Assembly: GCA_036172245.1 (NCBI GenBank)
Contig: JAYWIR010000095.1
Coordinates: 124,001 to 188,000 of the forward strand
DNA from: Raillietiella orientalis
Taxonomy: Eukaryota
Length of the DNA: 64,000 nt
Direction of reading: 5' to 3'
Part shown: piece after piece, positions 24,231 to 36,200 of the stretch
Layout: the number at the start of each line of letters is the position of its first letter
How positions within the stretch are numbered: position 1 is the stretch's first letter
Program-made: the position numbers and the translations under genes
The notes under the pieces: generated by a model
Seen by the model: the letters and a program-made list of their open reading frames with translations, nothing else
Told to the model about the DNA's origin: nothing
Database searches by the model: none

Positions 24231-27200
24231 CTTCTTCTGCCTTTTACAGTGTACTGGATGGAAATACATGGGAGTGTGTTTCCTCCGATATTGTGATCCC
24301 ATCCGCCTGTTGCGAGGCGATTGGAATGTGCTCTGCTTCCTACTAGGCGATGCACCATCCCTCAGTTAATCGGGTTTCAATCTCTGTTCAATCCAGTTTG
24401 TTCTTTCGAGATGCATTCCATGTGCCTGTCCATTACTGGAATTTCAATATGGAGCCGCTCTTTCGGAAGAGCATTCTCGCTTCCTCCTGTTGCACATTTC
24501 CTCATTCCTCGTCTTTATTCTTGCACCTGCCCGACGTCTTTTGATTGGATTTCATGGTTCCGTTTTCGACCTATGGATCCAGACTCCCAGCAGGAGCAAG
24601 GATTCGGGGTATACGCACGGGTGGGTGAGGCAGTTGGCTTTCGTGCTTGGTTTCTGAATATTTGAAACTTGCGCAAGAACAGTTTGTATCTTCCTGTATT
24701 TCGAGACGAAATTCGCTTGCAGCAACGGCGTCCTGTTTCTCTTTCTGTGGAACTGTAAGCCACGCATGCTGCATCTTAGTGATCCGTATATTCTGCCCTA
24801 GTCTACTTTGTCTATTCCTTTCTACTTATTAGCAGATTTACTCGCGACATTTGCTGCCTGACAGTTTCGAAACTCTTCCTTTTTTTTTTCATCTTTCGCA
24901 GGTACAGGTGCCAACAGAAAATGAAAAAAATTGGCTTCTAAGAGTAAATTTTAAGAATTCTTCCCGATCGACATCACACCTACATGCAGTTGCTATTGAA
25001 TGGTACAGAGTTCTTGATGAATGCTGATTCTTATGATTAATTAATGTGCTGCCACATTGGTTTCAGCAGCGTTACGGAGAATCACTGGAAGAATCATTTC
25101 TTATGAGCAGTCGCAGAATTTTTTCCTCTTTCTTCCAGAATATCAATCAGCGCAGGTCCTTCCATTGTATTCAGCCCGTATTTGTCGCGGTCTTTTCGTA
25201 CAGTAAACGGAAGTCTATCTTTAGAAGGAATTTTCGAAGATCCCTAGAGACATGGGATTTATAAATGACACTGGAGACAAGAAGAATGAGAGGAGCGAAA
25301 GACAGGTGGCCATCAAGGAGGTCGCTCGCTTCCAAAAGGGGAATTTCCTTTAATGAATCTGATATTTGTTTACGTTGGAACTTAAGTCCTTTTGGAATGG
25401 GTCTCGAATCGTGTTTCTCGTTTCAATAAACAGCCGTTTCCTGCTCCATGATGCAGTGCCATTCAGATGCATTCCTTTTTGCATTTGATCGAGCTTGGAT
25501 TCTTTTAAGCTCTCCACAGTAGGGATGGGAGAAAGGCAAAGCATGCCTGCAGCGCCTTGGGATTCTTTGGAGAACCTTAGCAAAGGGTGTAGCAATCTCA
25601 CCCAAAGGGTGATTTCCATTCGGAAACAGATGTAATCCTTTTCTTCCACATGGCATTCCTCGGAAGGCCAGCTCGCTAGGGAATTTTAAGACGCTACCTT
25701 CCCGCGCCACGCATCGACAGTGATTGAAATTCAGGCGACTCTTTATAATCAATTTCCGAAACAAGAACTTATGATCGATCATCCACACAATAAAAGTCAC
25801 GTTTGGAAGCCAAAAAAAAAAAAAATAGATATATATATGTGCCATTGACTACTGCGGGAATTCGCACAGCGAAGTCTGTTGCTTTATAAAAACTCGAGCG
25901 CTTGGTGGCAGCCTCACCGGAGTCTATCAGTTTCCCATCTGGTGGTGTGCATGCATTCGAAAAAGTATTCCGTTTCCCCCGCGAGATGTACCCCTGCCCA
26001 AGCAGAACGCAGAGAGGGACTTTCCCCGAGGTGCTTTAAGGATGGATTTTCCATTTCACTTCGCATCTCAGGGTGCGTGTACACAGTATGTTCCTAACGA
26101 GTGTAGGAATATATTGTCTGCAGGATTCAAATGATTTACAGAGATGCATGAGTCCCGAGATGACCAGAGCACTCAGTGCGGTCCCAGAGTCCTGTATCGT
26201 GCAGCCGACCGTGCAGTTGCCAGACCAGCTTGCGCCAGACACAGTTTGCATTGTGCCCAATCAGCCATCAGCTTGCGCATTCCAAGAGATTTTGAAATCG
26301 CTTTTCTTAAGCGGCGAGTGTACGAATTCCGAATACACAACAACGAAACTTTCTTCGTTTTTTAGCGTTCCGTGTGCCCATATCTTTACGTCTGCATTCC
26401 ATGCTTGACACTGCTGAGGTCATTTGCGCTGTTAGAACCTTTCTCTTCTCCTCCAGACGAGTGCGCTTTCCCCGTTAAGAGAACGTAAATTTCTCCTAAG
26501 GTACTCGCGGACATGGGTCGTATGGTTCCACGAACGGCGGCTCCTTTCTCGTCGCGGCGAGGTACTTCTTTTTCCTGTGAATGGGCTCCAGGGCAGCTTG
26601 ATGTTCCTTGTTTTGATGTCACGACGGCCGAGATGTACAAGTGGGGGTGGAATGCAGGAGCCGGACAAACCCAACTGCCTGTTTTCCGTCCTGCCGTGTC
26701 TTCAGAGCAGCTTCCGAGATGGCATCGGCAGGGAGCGACTACCCGCTTGATTTCGGCTGTCGATTGAACAAGTGCGTGCTTTCCTTGCAAAGCCTCGTAC
26801 CGGAAGTGGTGTGATGCTGCAGGTGTCATCTTGCTATTCGTTTCGGTCTACATTTTTGCCACCTAGTGGGGCATTCAGACGCTTGCGATGTCCAGAACAG
26901 CAAAAGACTGCTGCAGGCCTCCTGGAAAATTCGTTTGTTCTTATGATGCATGAATCGGATGTATGCGTGAGATTAAGGAAGGGTATCCCATTCGGTGGAA
27001 TGTTCTGTCTAAGAAAAACCCTCGACCAAGGATGCATTTGAATAGCCCGATAGCCGGAAGGAATCCTTGATACGCCGATCAGGTCACCTACCTAATAGGA
27101 ATGTGTTTGGGAGAAGGGGAGAGAGCTTCGAGAATTTGTATGTGTGTATCCCTGCGCGAGGGAAGAAGAGAGCGAGGAGACCAATCCCTGTAATGCGGCT

Positions 27201-30200
27201 GAAGACTCATCTTCAGATGGTTGCTTGAGTTAGTGCTCGAAACCCCGAAGGATTCTGCGATGCCGCTTTGCAGGCATGCGTCCATGAGTTCTGGAGAAAA
27301 TACCAACCACGCTCTCCACACGTTAGCGTGCCTGTTTGTTTGTTTGTGTGTTTGTTTTCATGTGCTGACTGTTATCCTCCAGACCACGTCCTAATTCCCA
27401 TCCTTTGTTTCTTCTGGTGACGGTGGAAATGCTATCATCTCCTTTTGTATTACTTTTCTTTTCAAGCAGCATGCTCCGCATAGCCTTTTCAGCTAAAGTT
27501 TCATGTTTTTGCTACCAAAGGTCAACATCACTGTCCTGGATGTCAACGACAACATTCCGGAATTCGACAGCGCTTCCGTCAAAATCTTCTTGCCTGAAAA
27601 TACACCTCTGGACTCCGCAGTGTACGTCGCGTCCGCGGAGGATCCAGACAGTGGGGAGAACGGAGAAGTCCGCTACAGAATTTCTAGAAGCAACAAGATT
27701 TTCGACGTGGATCCTGATCAGGGAGTCGTAACGCTGATCAGGGAGCTGGACTATGAGAAAGACAAGCATTACACCGTTGTGCTGGAGGCCACGGACCGGG
27801 GCACCAGCCCGCTGACGTCCACCATGCTGATCAACGTGGAAGTTCAGGACGTTAACGACAACGTTCCACTCTTCGACAAGAGCGACTACGAAGTGCAGGT
27901 GCTGGAATCCCTCGCTGTTAACACTCAGTTCCTACAGGTAGGCGAATCCCCAAGCGGGTTGCTATGAGGGTGCGGGACACCCCGTACCTGTATTCGGGAA
28001 TCGCAAAGACCCACTGTGGTGACTTCCAGGTGAAAGCAACGGACATGGATACGGGAAACAACGCCCGTTTGACCTACAGAATAACGGACAAGTTTCCCCA
28101 TACAACGTTTGGGATATTCCCGAACAACGGATGGCTGTATTTAAAAGAGCAGCTGGACAGGGAGAGAATGGATACATACTCACTGCAAATAGTGGTTTCC
28201 GATAATGGCCTCCCTCCACTCAGCTCCACCATCTCTGTCACCATCCAAGTTCTGGACGTTAACGACAACGATCCTCGTTTCGTAAACACGTCTTACCACT
28301 TTCGCGTTCCTGAAGACTTGCAAACGGGAAGTCCAATCGGTTTTGTCGGCGCGACGGACGAAGACTCAGGGATAAACGCAGATCTTCGCTTCTTATTTGT
28401 TTCCGAAAATTCTCATTTTCATATCGACTCCACCACAGGTGAGTACCTTCCCACTCCCTTTGCTAAAGGCAAAGATAGGCTCCGGGGATCCTCGTAGAAG
28501 TGGATCCCTGCATCCTACGTTGAAAATGCTAAAGATGACTGTGCTCACGTTGGCTTTCGAGAGATTATTCATCTCGATGCTGTCAGGGAGATTGTATGGG
28601 AAGGGACGTGGGATGAGCAACTCGTTAGCATTCACAAGTGCTTTTCTTTCGTACCGGCGGCTTCTCGCATCTTCCAAAGCAAAGTTTCTGAGAAAACGCA
28701 GCTCTGCTTCGTGTCCCCCTAAGAATGCAGGACTCCCTAGAGAAATATTTGCTATCATCAGGAGACGATCCTGTGGTAGAGTTGTCACTTTTCCCTCAGA
28801 AACTCTTTTCATTTTTGGATCCTGCCAAGGTTGCTTCAGGGCAGCATTTGAGCTTTCAACCATCCATTCGAATTACCTGCCTTTGGGAGGTAGCCCTTTT
28901 AGATTGCAGACTCCACGAAGGTTTTCTTCTTTGTTCTTCTGCAGCTTCTCCCCTTATCGCTCTCTTCATCCTAGTCGTCTACCTTTCCCGAATCTATGCA
29001 ACCATTATCATCTAGGATGCATTTTTGCATCTTTCGTCGTTCAGAAAATCCTTCATCAAGAAAAGGAAACGTTTGCCGATTAACAGTCATTCGACAGAGT
29101 AACGAGTACCGTTCTGACTGCGAAATTGCTGCCTCCCACCTTTTGTTATTTCTGTGGGGTTAAAAACACCCTTCTCTGACTGATCACTGTCCGCTTCCCT
29201 TTCTTCTTCACTGACTGTTTTTCTTTCATGTGTTTGTTTGTTTTTTTTTCAGGACAACTAACCACGAAGCATCCTCTGGATAGGGAAACCAGATCCATCT
29301 ACGAATTCGTAGTCGAAGTGAGAGATGGTGGAACACCAGCGAGAATTTCCCAAGCCACAGTCAAGGTCACTCTGACTGATGTAAACGATAACGCTCCCGA
29401 ATTCATCGAACCGAGAGACAGTATTGCCGTCTCTAGGGGAGAACAGCCCGCTGGTTCCCAGATCGCTAAAGTAATAGCTGTCGATAAAGATGATGGAAAG
29501 AATGGAACTGTCAATTATTTTCTTCTTGATGGTCCGTTTATCTATTTTTTACCTTCCTTTTTAATTGGCTTTCTCAGATGACAAAGGGGACAATCGCTTT
29601 TTTTCGGTCGATCCCAACACGGGGATAATAACTTCGAAATTACCACTAGAGCGCATGAACAGGCAGTGGTACAACATAAGAGTAGGAGCCACGGATGGAG
29701 GCAATCCGCCCATGCGGTCATCTCTTCTCCTGAAGGTGGAAATACTGGATGCTGAAGCACATGGATTCGAAGTGAGCGATTCTTCGATATCGTTCAAGGT
29801 TTGTATAGCAGCAGCAGCGATTCTTCCTCATAATTGTCTTTCAGTTCAAAGTAAAAGAGAATTTGGAAATCGGAAGCAGAATAGGGAAGGTGTTCGTTCC
29901 AAGCTGTAGGAACATCGAAATATGTAACGCCACCTATAGTTTGACGAACGAAGATGCAGGAAACTTTTTCTACGTCGATAGAATTACAGGAGAAATCTTT
30001 GTGGTACGACCACTTGACTACGAGCAGCAGTCACAGCACATTTTGTTGTTGAATGCGGAAGAAAACGATGTCAGTGCTTTCTATGCCACCTCAGTTCGGG
30101 TGGATATCGAAGTGGAAGACGTCAATGATAATCCTCCAGTCTTCTCAGAACGTGTTGTAAACATCAGCATACCTGAGGATGCAATTCCTGAATCTTCCTT

Positions 30201-33200
30201 TTGGAATTGCAGTGCAGAGGACAAGGACGGTGGTTTGAACTCTTTGACTCACTTTTCCTTGGTGACCCAGTACCCTGGCGACGCTTTTGAACTGGACAGT
30301 GCTACCTGCCTCCTGTCTCCAAAATCTTCTCTGGATTACGAACATATTCGTCATTATTCTGTGCTGGTTGTCGTTGCCGATCAACCAGAAAACGCATCCG
30401 AAAAATTAAGTCATTGGCAAATTGTAAACATAAATGTAGTTGATGTTAATGACAATGAGCCCCGATTCCTATCTACGAGTTCCATCAGAGTTTACGAAAA
30501 CGAAAGAGTGGGAAGTGCTTTGCTGAAAGTGATAGCGATCGATGAAGACTCTGGAGAAAATGGAAAAATTACTTATGTTATCCATTCGGGAAACAAAGAT
30601 TCTAGTTTCGCATTGGGCAGCTTATCAGGTAATCGTTCATGATATGTGGATATACACTGCAAATGTATTTTACTTGTGCTACGGGAAAAAGCGACCGCAA
30701 TGTGACAGACGGATCTTTGGATGCGCTGCATTTTTTTTTTTTCTTTTGGCTTGAAGTTAAATACCATTTACAAAAACTCTCCTAAGATTTAGGTTCTGAC
30801 TGAGCTTTTGCTCACCAGCTGTTCTTCTTAGAGACGCACTCTCTCACTGTAGACCAGAAGGACGCGACTTGTGACAGTTCCTGCCGAAAATCATAAGAGT
30901 CCCATTGCAACGTCATGAGATTTTGTGCCGTCAGCCGATCCGTATCTTTCTTGCAAAAACGACTTTGATTAAAGCGTTCCTCGGATTTGCCGATCTCTGC
31001 TTTTGAGGTCTTGGGCTGTAGAATGGACTTCAAGATACACACTTTCGAGTTTTCAATCACCGCTAATTAAGTCTGGAGAGCAAGAATATCGGTTTGCTTA
31101 TCAAGTCCATCCTTTTAAACACTTGCGAAGCCTTAAGCAATGAAGCATGTTTCAACAGGAGCAGCAATCTTGAAAATACCAATTTCTTAGGGCACCGAAC
31201 GAATATCCAATTTCCTGAAAGAGTCTTTGATGAATTCACGTAATTAAAATCTCTCGATTTTTCATTCAGCACCTTTCGTCTTCCCGAATTTTCTTGTCCG
31301 TCGCATGATCCCACTTCTTCAAATCGGGATGCTCTCCAGAATTGCTAATTATTACCGAGGTTATGTTTTCGGGAAATTTGGGTCTGCATCAAGTGGCTTC
31401 TTGGTCTTTATCTTCCCTGCCTGTTCTTTCACTTGCAAAGCAGTGGAACCATTCCCGAATACTTCCCTTTCTAGGATTCAGTGAGAGAATAATGAAATTG
31501 TTTGCCAGAAATTCTACTATGTCGTGGGAACTTACCGAAAAAATAGTTATCGTTCACATCTGTGATACGAACACGAATAGTTGATGTTTTTTTCGAGGCA
31601 TGATGATGATGATGTGAAAACTGATCTGAAAGAATGATGAAACTCTCCCACGTTTTCTTAAGAATGTTTGCTCTCATTCCAGGAATCTTGTCTCTTCAAA
31701 AACCTCTAAGTCGTGCCAGGAATTCCATTTACCACATTAACATCACCGCAAAGGACGGAGGCACTCCTTCTCACGAGCAGTGGCAAATCTTGGAGATATA
31801 CGTCGAAGACATTGTGGCCAAGAGACCCACCTTTCAAAAAGTTTCTTACGACGTTGATTTTCCAGAAAACAGTCCTCCAGGAACGAGAGTCTTTTCCGTG
31901 CCCGTGAAAACGGAAAACGTTGACGGTAAGCACAGTGGCTGTACTATCGCTATTGTTTGCTGTTCCTCCCAGATGTCTACAAGAACTTATCGTACGCCAT
32001 CATAGGGGAAACCATTGGGAACCATTTTCAAATCGATTCCAGTACTGGAATCGTGACATCCTTAGAAGAGTTTGACCGCGAGCAACAAGAACTTTACGTG
32101 ATTCCAGTTATCATGAAAAATGACTGGGCCAAACAGAGTTACGATCTGGCAACTATTCGTGTTCGTATCACAGATGTGAACGATAACGATCCCCAGCTAC
32201 AGAACTGTTACCCTCTTCATGTTTCCGAGAATAATGATTTCATGGCCATTCATTCCGTGGTAGCTCATGACAAGGACACTGGCATCAACTCCGAGGTTAC
32301 ATATAGCATCGCAGGAGGGAACCAGGAAAATCTGTTCAGTATCGATCTTCATAAAGGAAAACTGTACACTCGTTCCCTGGACCGCGAAACAACAGGGAGC
32401 CACGAACTCACTGTTTCGGCGCAAGACAGCGGTCGCCCTTCCCGAAGGTCATATTGCAACATCACCGTGCTGGTGCTGGATGAAAACGACAATGATCCAG
32501 AATTCGAGAGCCCGCATTACGCCATAACAGTACGAGAAGATGTAGTCACGGGTACAGAAATCCTGACCGTCGTTGCTAAGGACATAGATCTGGGAGTGAA
32601 TTCCCTGATCACCTATTCTTTGGACAATGAAACGAGTTGGCATTTCGTGATCGACAATCGGACCGGGGTCATCCGAACGAAAGGGTAAGCGGGAAAAGCC
32701 ACTGGATTGTGTTGAACGGGATGGACTTTCAGACCTTTGGATCGGGAAAAGCAAGGTACATTTGAATTTGAAGTCCGGGCTTCAGATGGTGGCCAGTACA
32801 ATACTCGTTTCGCTCGAGCGAAAGTGTTCATCACTCTCGAGGATGTCAACGACAACAGTCCTTTGTTTGACAAGTATCCTTTCTCTGCCGAAATTCCAGC
32901 ATCCACGCAACCGGGTGCACATCTCCTTCAAGTTACAGCAGCAGACCCAGACGCGAACATGAATGGGAAAATTGAGTTCAGGTGAGTCCACAATAGCGCA
33001 TAGTTTTGCTCTTCAGAAAGAAGTGATCTTCTTCCCCCCATATCTCTTATTTGTTTTTAAGATGAAATTTCCTGGAAAGTTCGTGAAAAGGCTCTTCAAA
33101 CCGATCAGCGTTCGGAAATATCCGCCTTCTTCCTTCAATTCTAAATTTTGTCCCGCTTTCACTCTCATCTCCTACTTTCTTGCTGTATTATTTTCCGAAT

Positions 33201-36200
33201 CTCTTCGCAGCTTCACTGTGCTCCTAGGAATTGCTTTTGTTGTTTTTTTCCTGCCGAAACAGCTAACAGATTCTCTGGTAAAAATGAATGAAGGTGATCT
33301 TCCATTTTGAGGTCCAGGGGACTTCACGGTAATCACCTTCGTTCAAGGCGCAAGCTGAAGAAATCACGAGATTGAGGAACACGAATGAGTACACGAATTG
33401 GCAATCACATATGAACGCAGCAGAGTGTAGCACTAATGGACACTTGTCAGATAATGCGCGGATAATTTTTGAAAGCTTCTCAGCAACGCAGCCTCACAAG
33501 ATCTTCTCAGTAGCGATAATGTAAAGTTATTCGAAGTACAAGAAAGAATTTCCTTCCATGTTTTTTTTTTTTTTTTTTTTTTTTTTTATCTTCAAATGCT
33601 CATGGACGTAAGAACGAAGCTGAAATAATCCAAGTAAGAAGGAAGGAAAGCCTTTCTTGTTGCTTGGCTCTCTCTTGAACCCTCACATGTCAGGTGTGAC
33701 TCTTTCTCGTATTGATGTAGTTTGTCCTCGCTAAGCAACAGTGCTGATAATGCTTGAGAAAACCTTGCTCCTTTAAATGCTCCCAGGATCCTTTTACCGA
33801 GTGTAGTTATGTGCTTCTTGTGTTTTCTCGAAACCTGCACTTTCTCTCCTCGATGAGGTCGACCGTTCGCCAACACCCGAAGACTGTCGGCTCGCGGACT
33901 TAACGAAACACAAATTGTGCGTAAAATTCGCTTCTGTCATCGGCATCTACATTCACGCTGAGATTCGATCGTGAGGGCATTTTGCAAAATTGCTGTAGCC
34001 AAACTTCACAAAGACAGCAGCTAAATCCAGTCCATCTTCCAGCTTCCTCGCCAACCAAAAGATGTTTCGGATAGAGCCAGATTCTGGGGTCGTAACGGCG
34101 GCTACAAGCCTGCGAATGGAATCAGGACGAAACTTTCAAGTTCTGGTGCTGGCCAAAGATAAAGGGGTCCCCGCAAGAAGTTCAACAGGACTGATAGAAA
34201 TCCACGTGTCTTCTCCCGATTCCAAAGCGCATCTGGAACTCAAGTTTTCAAACGCCAGCTACCACGTTTCCGTTCCCGAAGACCTACCCGTTGGTTTCCA
34301 GGTAGCCACAGTCAAAGCAGCACGTACTGATGCTCGAAGGCACAGCGTGTGGTATAGCCTTGTCGAAACGAGTGGGGATTCCTCATTCGCCATTGACCGT
34401 GCTACTGGTGTGATCCGTGTGACCAGGCAGGGTGTCCTGGACTACGAAAGGCAAAACAGGTTCCAAATTTTGGTCGAAGCCAAAAGCGAAAACCTCGATC
34501 AGTTCTTGCATGGGTTCGCGGTTGTGTGCTTGGATGTGCTCAACAGGAACGATAACGCACCCGTGTTTACCCAAGAAGTGTACTTCGCTTCCGTTTGGGA
34601 AGGCAACAACAAGGGAGCTTTCGTCATTGAAGTTCGAGCAATCGACGAAGACACGGATGATGCTGGTTCAAAACTCTCTTACAGTATCATCGAAGGGAAT
34701 TATGACAATGCCTTTATCATTGATTCCCCATCTTCCGGCATAGTCAAAACGAACATTGTCCTCGACAGAGAAATTTCTGATCAATATAAACTGACAATTA
34801 TTGCTGTCGACGAAGGTCAAGTTCAGCTAACGGGTACTTGTCTTCTGCTGGTGAACATAGTAGATATGAATGACAACCAACCAATCTTCCCTCCTCAGCG
34901 GACTGTTTTTGTTAGAGAAGGTGAGTGTCTGTTTTTTTTTTTTTGTTGTTGCTGTTAATGTCAGAGTTGGGATCTCATAAAAATATGCGATAACATCTAC
35001 CTCCAAACACGTACCCACAGTTCTGCAAACGCCAAGTGGCATGAGGGGGGAAGGTGGCATGGAAGTGATCCTAGCAAAAATGAGGTTGTAGGAACACAGC
35101 GATCGTTTTTGAGCAATGACAGCGACCGACTTGCAGTGATTCATTCTGTTTTTTAATGCATTTCCCCCCTCCCCCCCAAATATTGCGGCCTTTAGGTATT
35201 TCCCCTATCTCCATGTTTTAGACTGAACGGTGCCATTAATGAATATTGATAATGTCTTCAGTCTTTGATCATACTGAAGTGCGGCTGCAAGAACGCGGCA
35301 TTCCCCCGCCTGTTGGACTTTGCGTGTTCTGTATTGGTATGAGCAGCCTCTGTGGATCCCGAACTGCTGTTACCTGAACTCTTCATGATAACTAAGGCAT
35401 GGAAAAGGGAGCGGCAGGATTTTCGCGCCGTACCCCATTAAAACCTCCGGATTTTCCGGCGTGGAAATCAGCTGCGTGACTGTTCTTTTAGAAGCTGTTC
35501 ACAGGTCATCTGAGCTATTAGGCATTCGAAATCTTAGTTGGCTCAGATAACGAGAGTTGGTAGAAATTCACGTTCCATTTCAAAAGATTTGAAAATTTGT
35601 TAGGTCCTTTTGTGTTTTGTTTTTGCTTTTGCATCTCCATTCGAGTTCTGCACTCCAGTGTGATAAAAGACTGAAGACATGACAGAAGGCTTTTCGATTA
35701 ATAAGTTGCTGCTATTTGGGAGTGCAGGTCATTTTTTCGTGAATCTAGTAGATCGATGAAAGAAATGCGTGTATTCTGAATCGGTTTCTTCGGAAGACTG
35801 TACTTGTTCGAAGTTCAAAAAAAAAAAACAAAAACGTAATTAATCAGACTTTGTGAAATTTTCACGATCCTATTTCGGAAAAATCGCAATTAAGTGTGTT
35901 TGTATGCGTTCCGGGCGGGTAAAAAAAATAAAAATAAAATGGTCCACACGTATTTCCATAAGCAGTGACCGAGAATTTCATAGGTCCAAAAAGCCCGCAG
36001 CAAACGTCATTTGCATTTTTACTTTCAGATGTTAACATAGGATCCCTTGTGACCACTGTGGTCGCGAATGACGTGGACACTTTCCCGTATCTTGTTTATT
36101 CCTTCGCTGATGATGACGTGCAAGAGATGTTTAGCGTCGATTCCTACAGTGGGAAGATTCTGCTGCTGCAGTCTCTGGACTATGAAAAGCAAACCTCACA

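Noticed and set aside
28393..29083. 228-aa and 156-aa ORFs across the 814-nt intron
   Set aside because: No domain features; out of frame with ds
31471..31677. Minus-strand ORF containing [12 protein letters not shown] as an antisense cadherin gene
   Set aside because: The cadherin match is only the 38-nt inverted copy; the rest is non-coding-like
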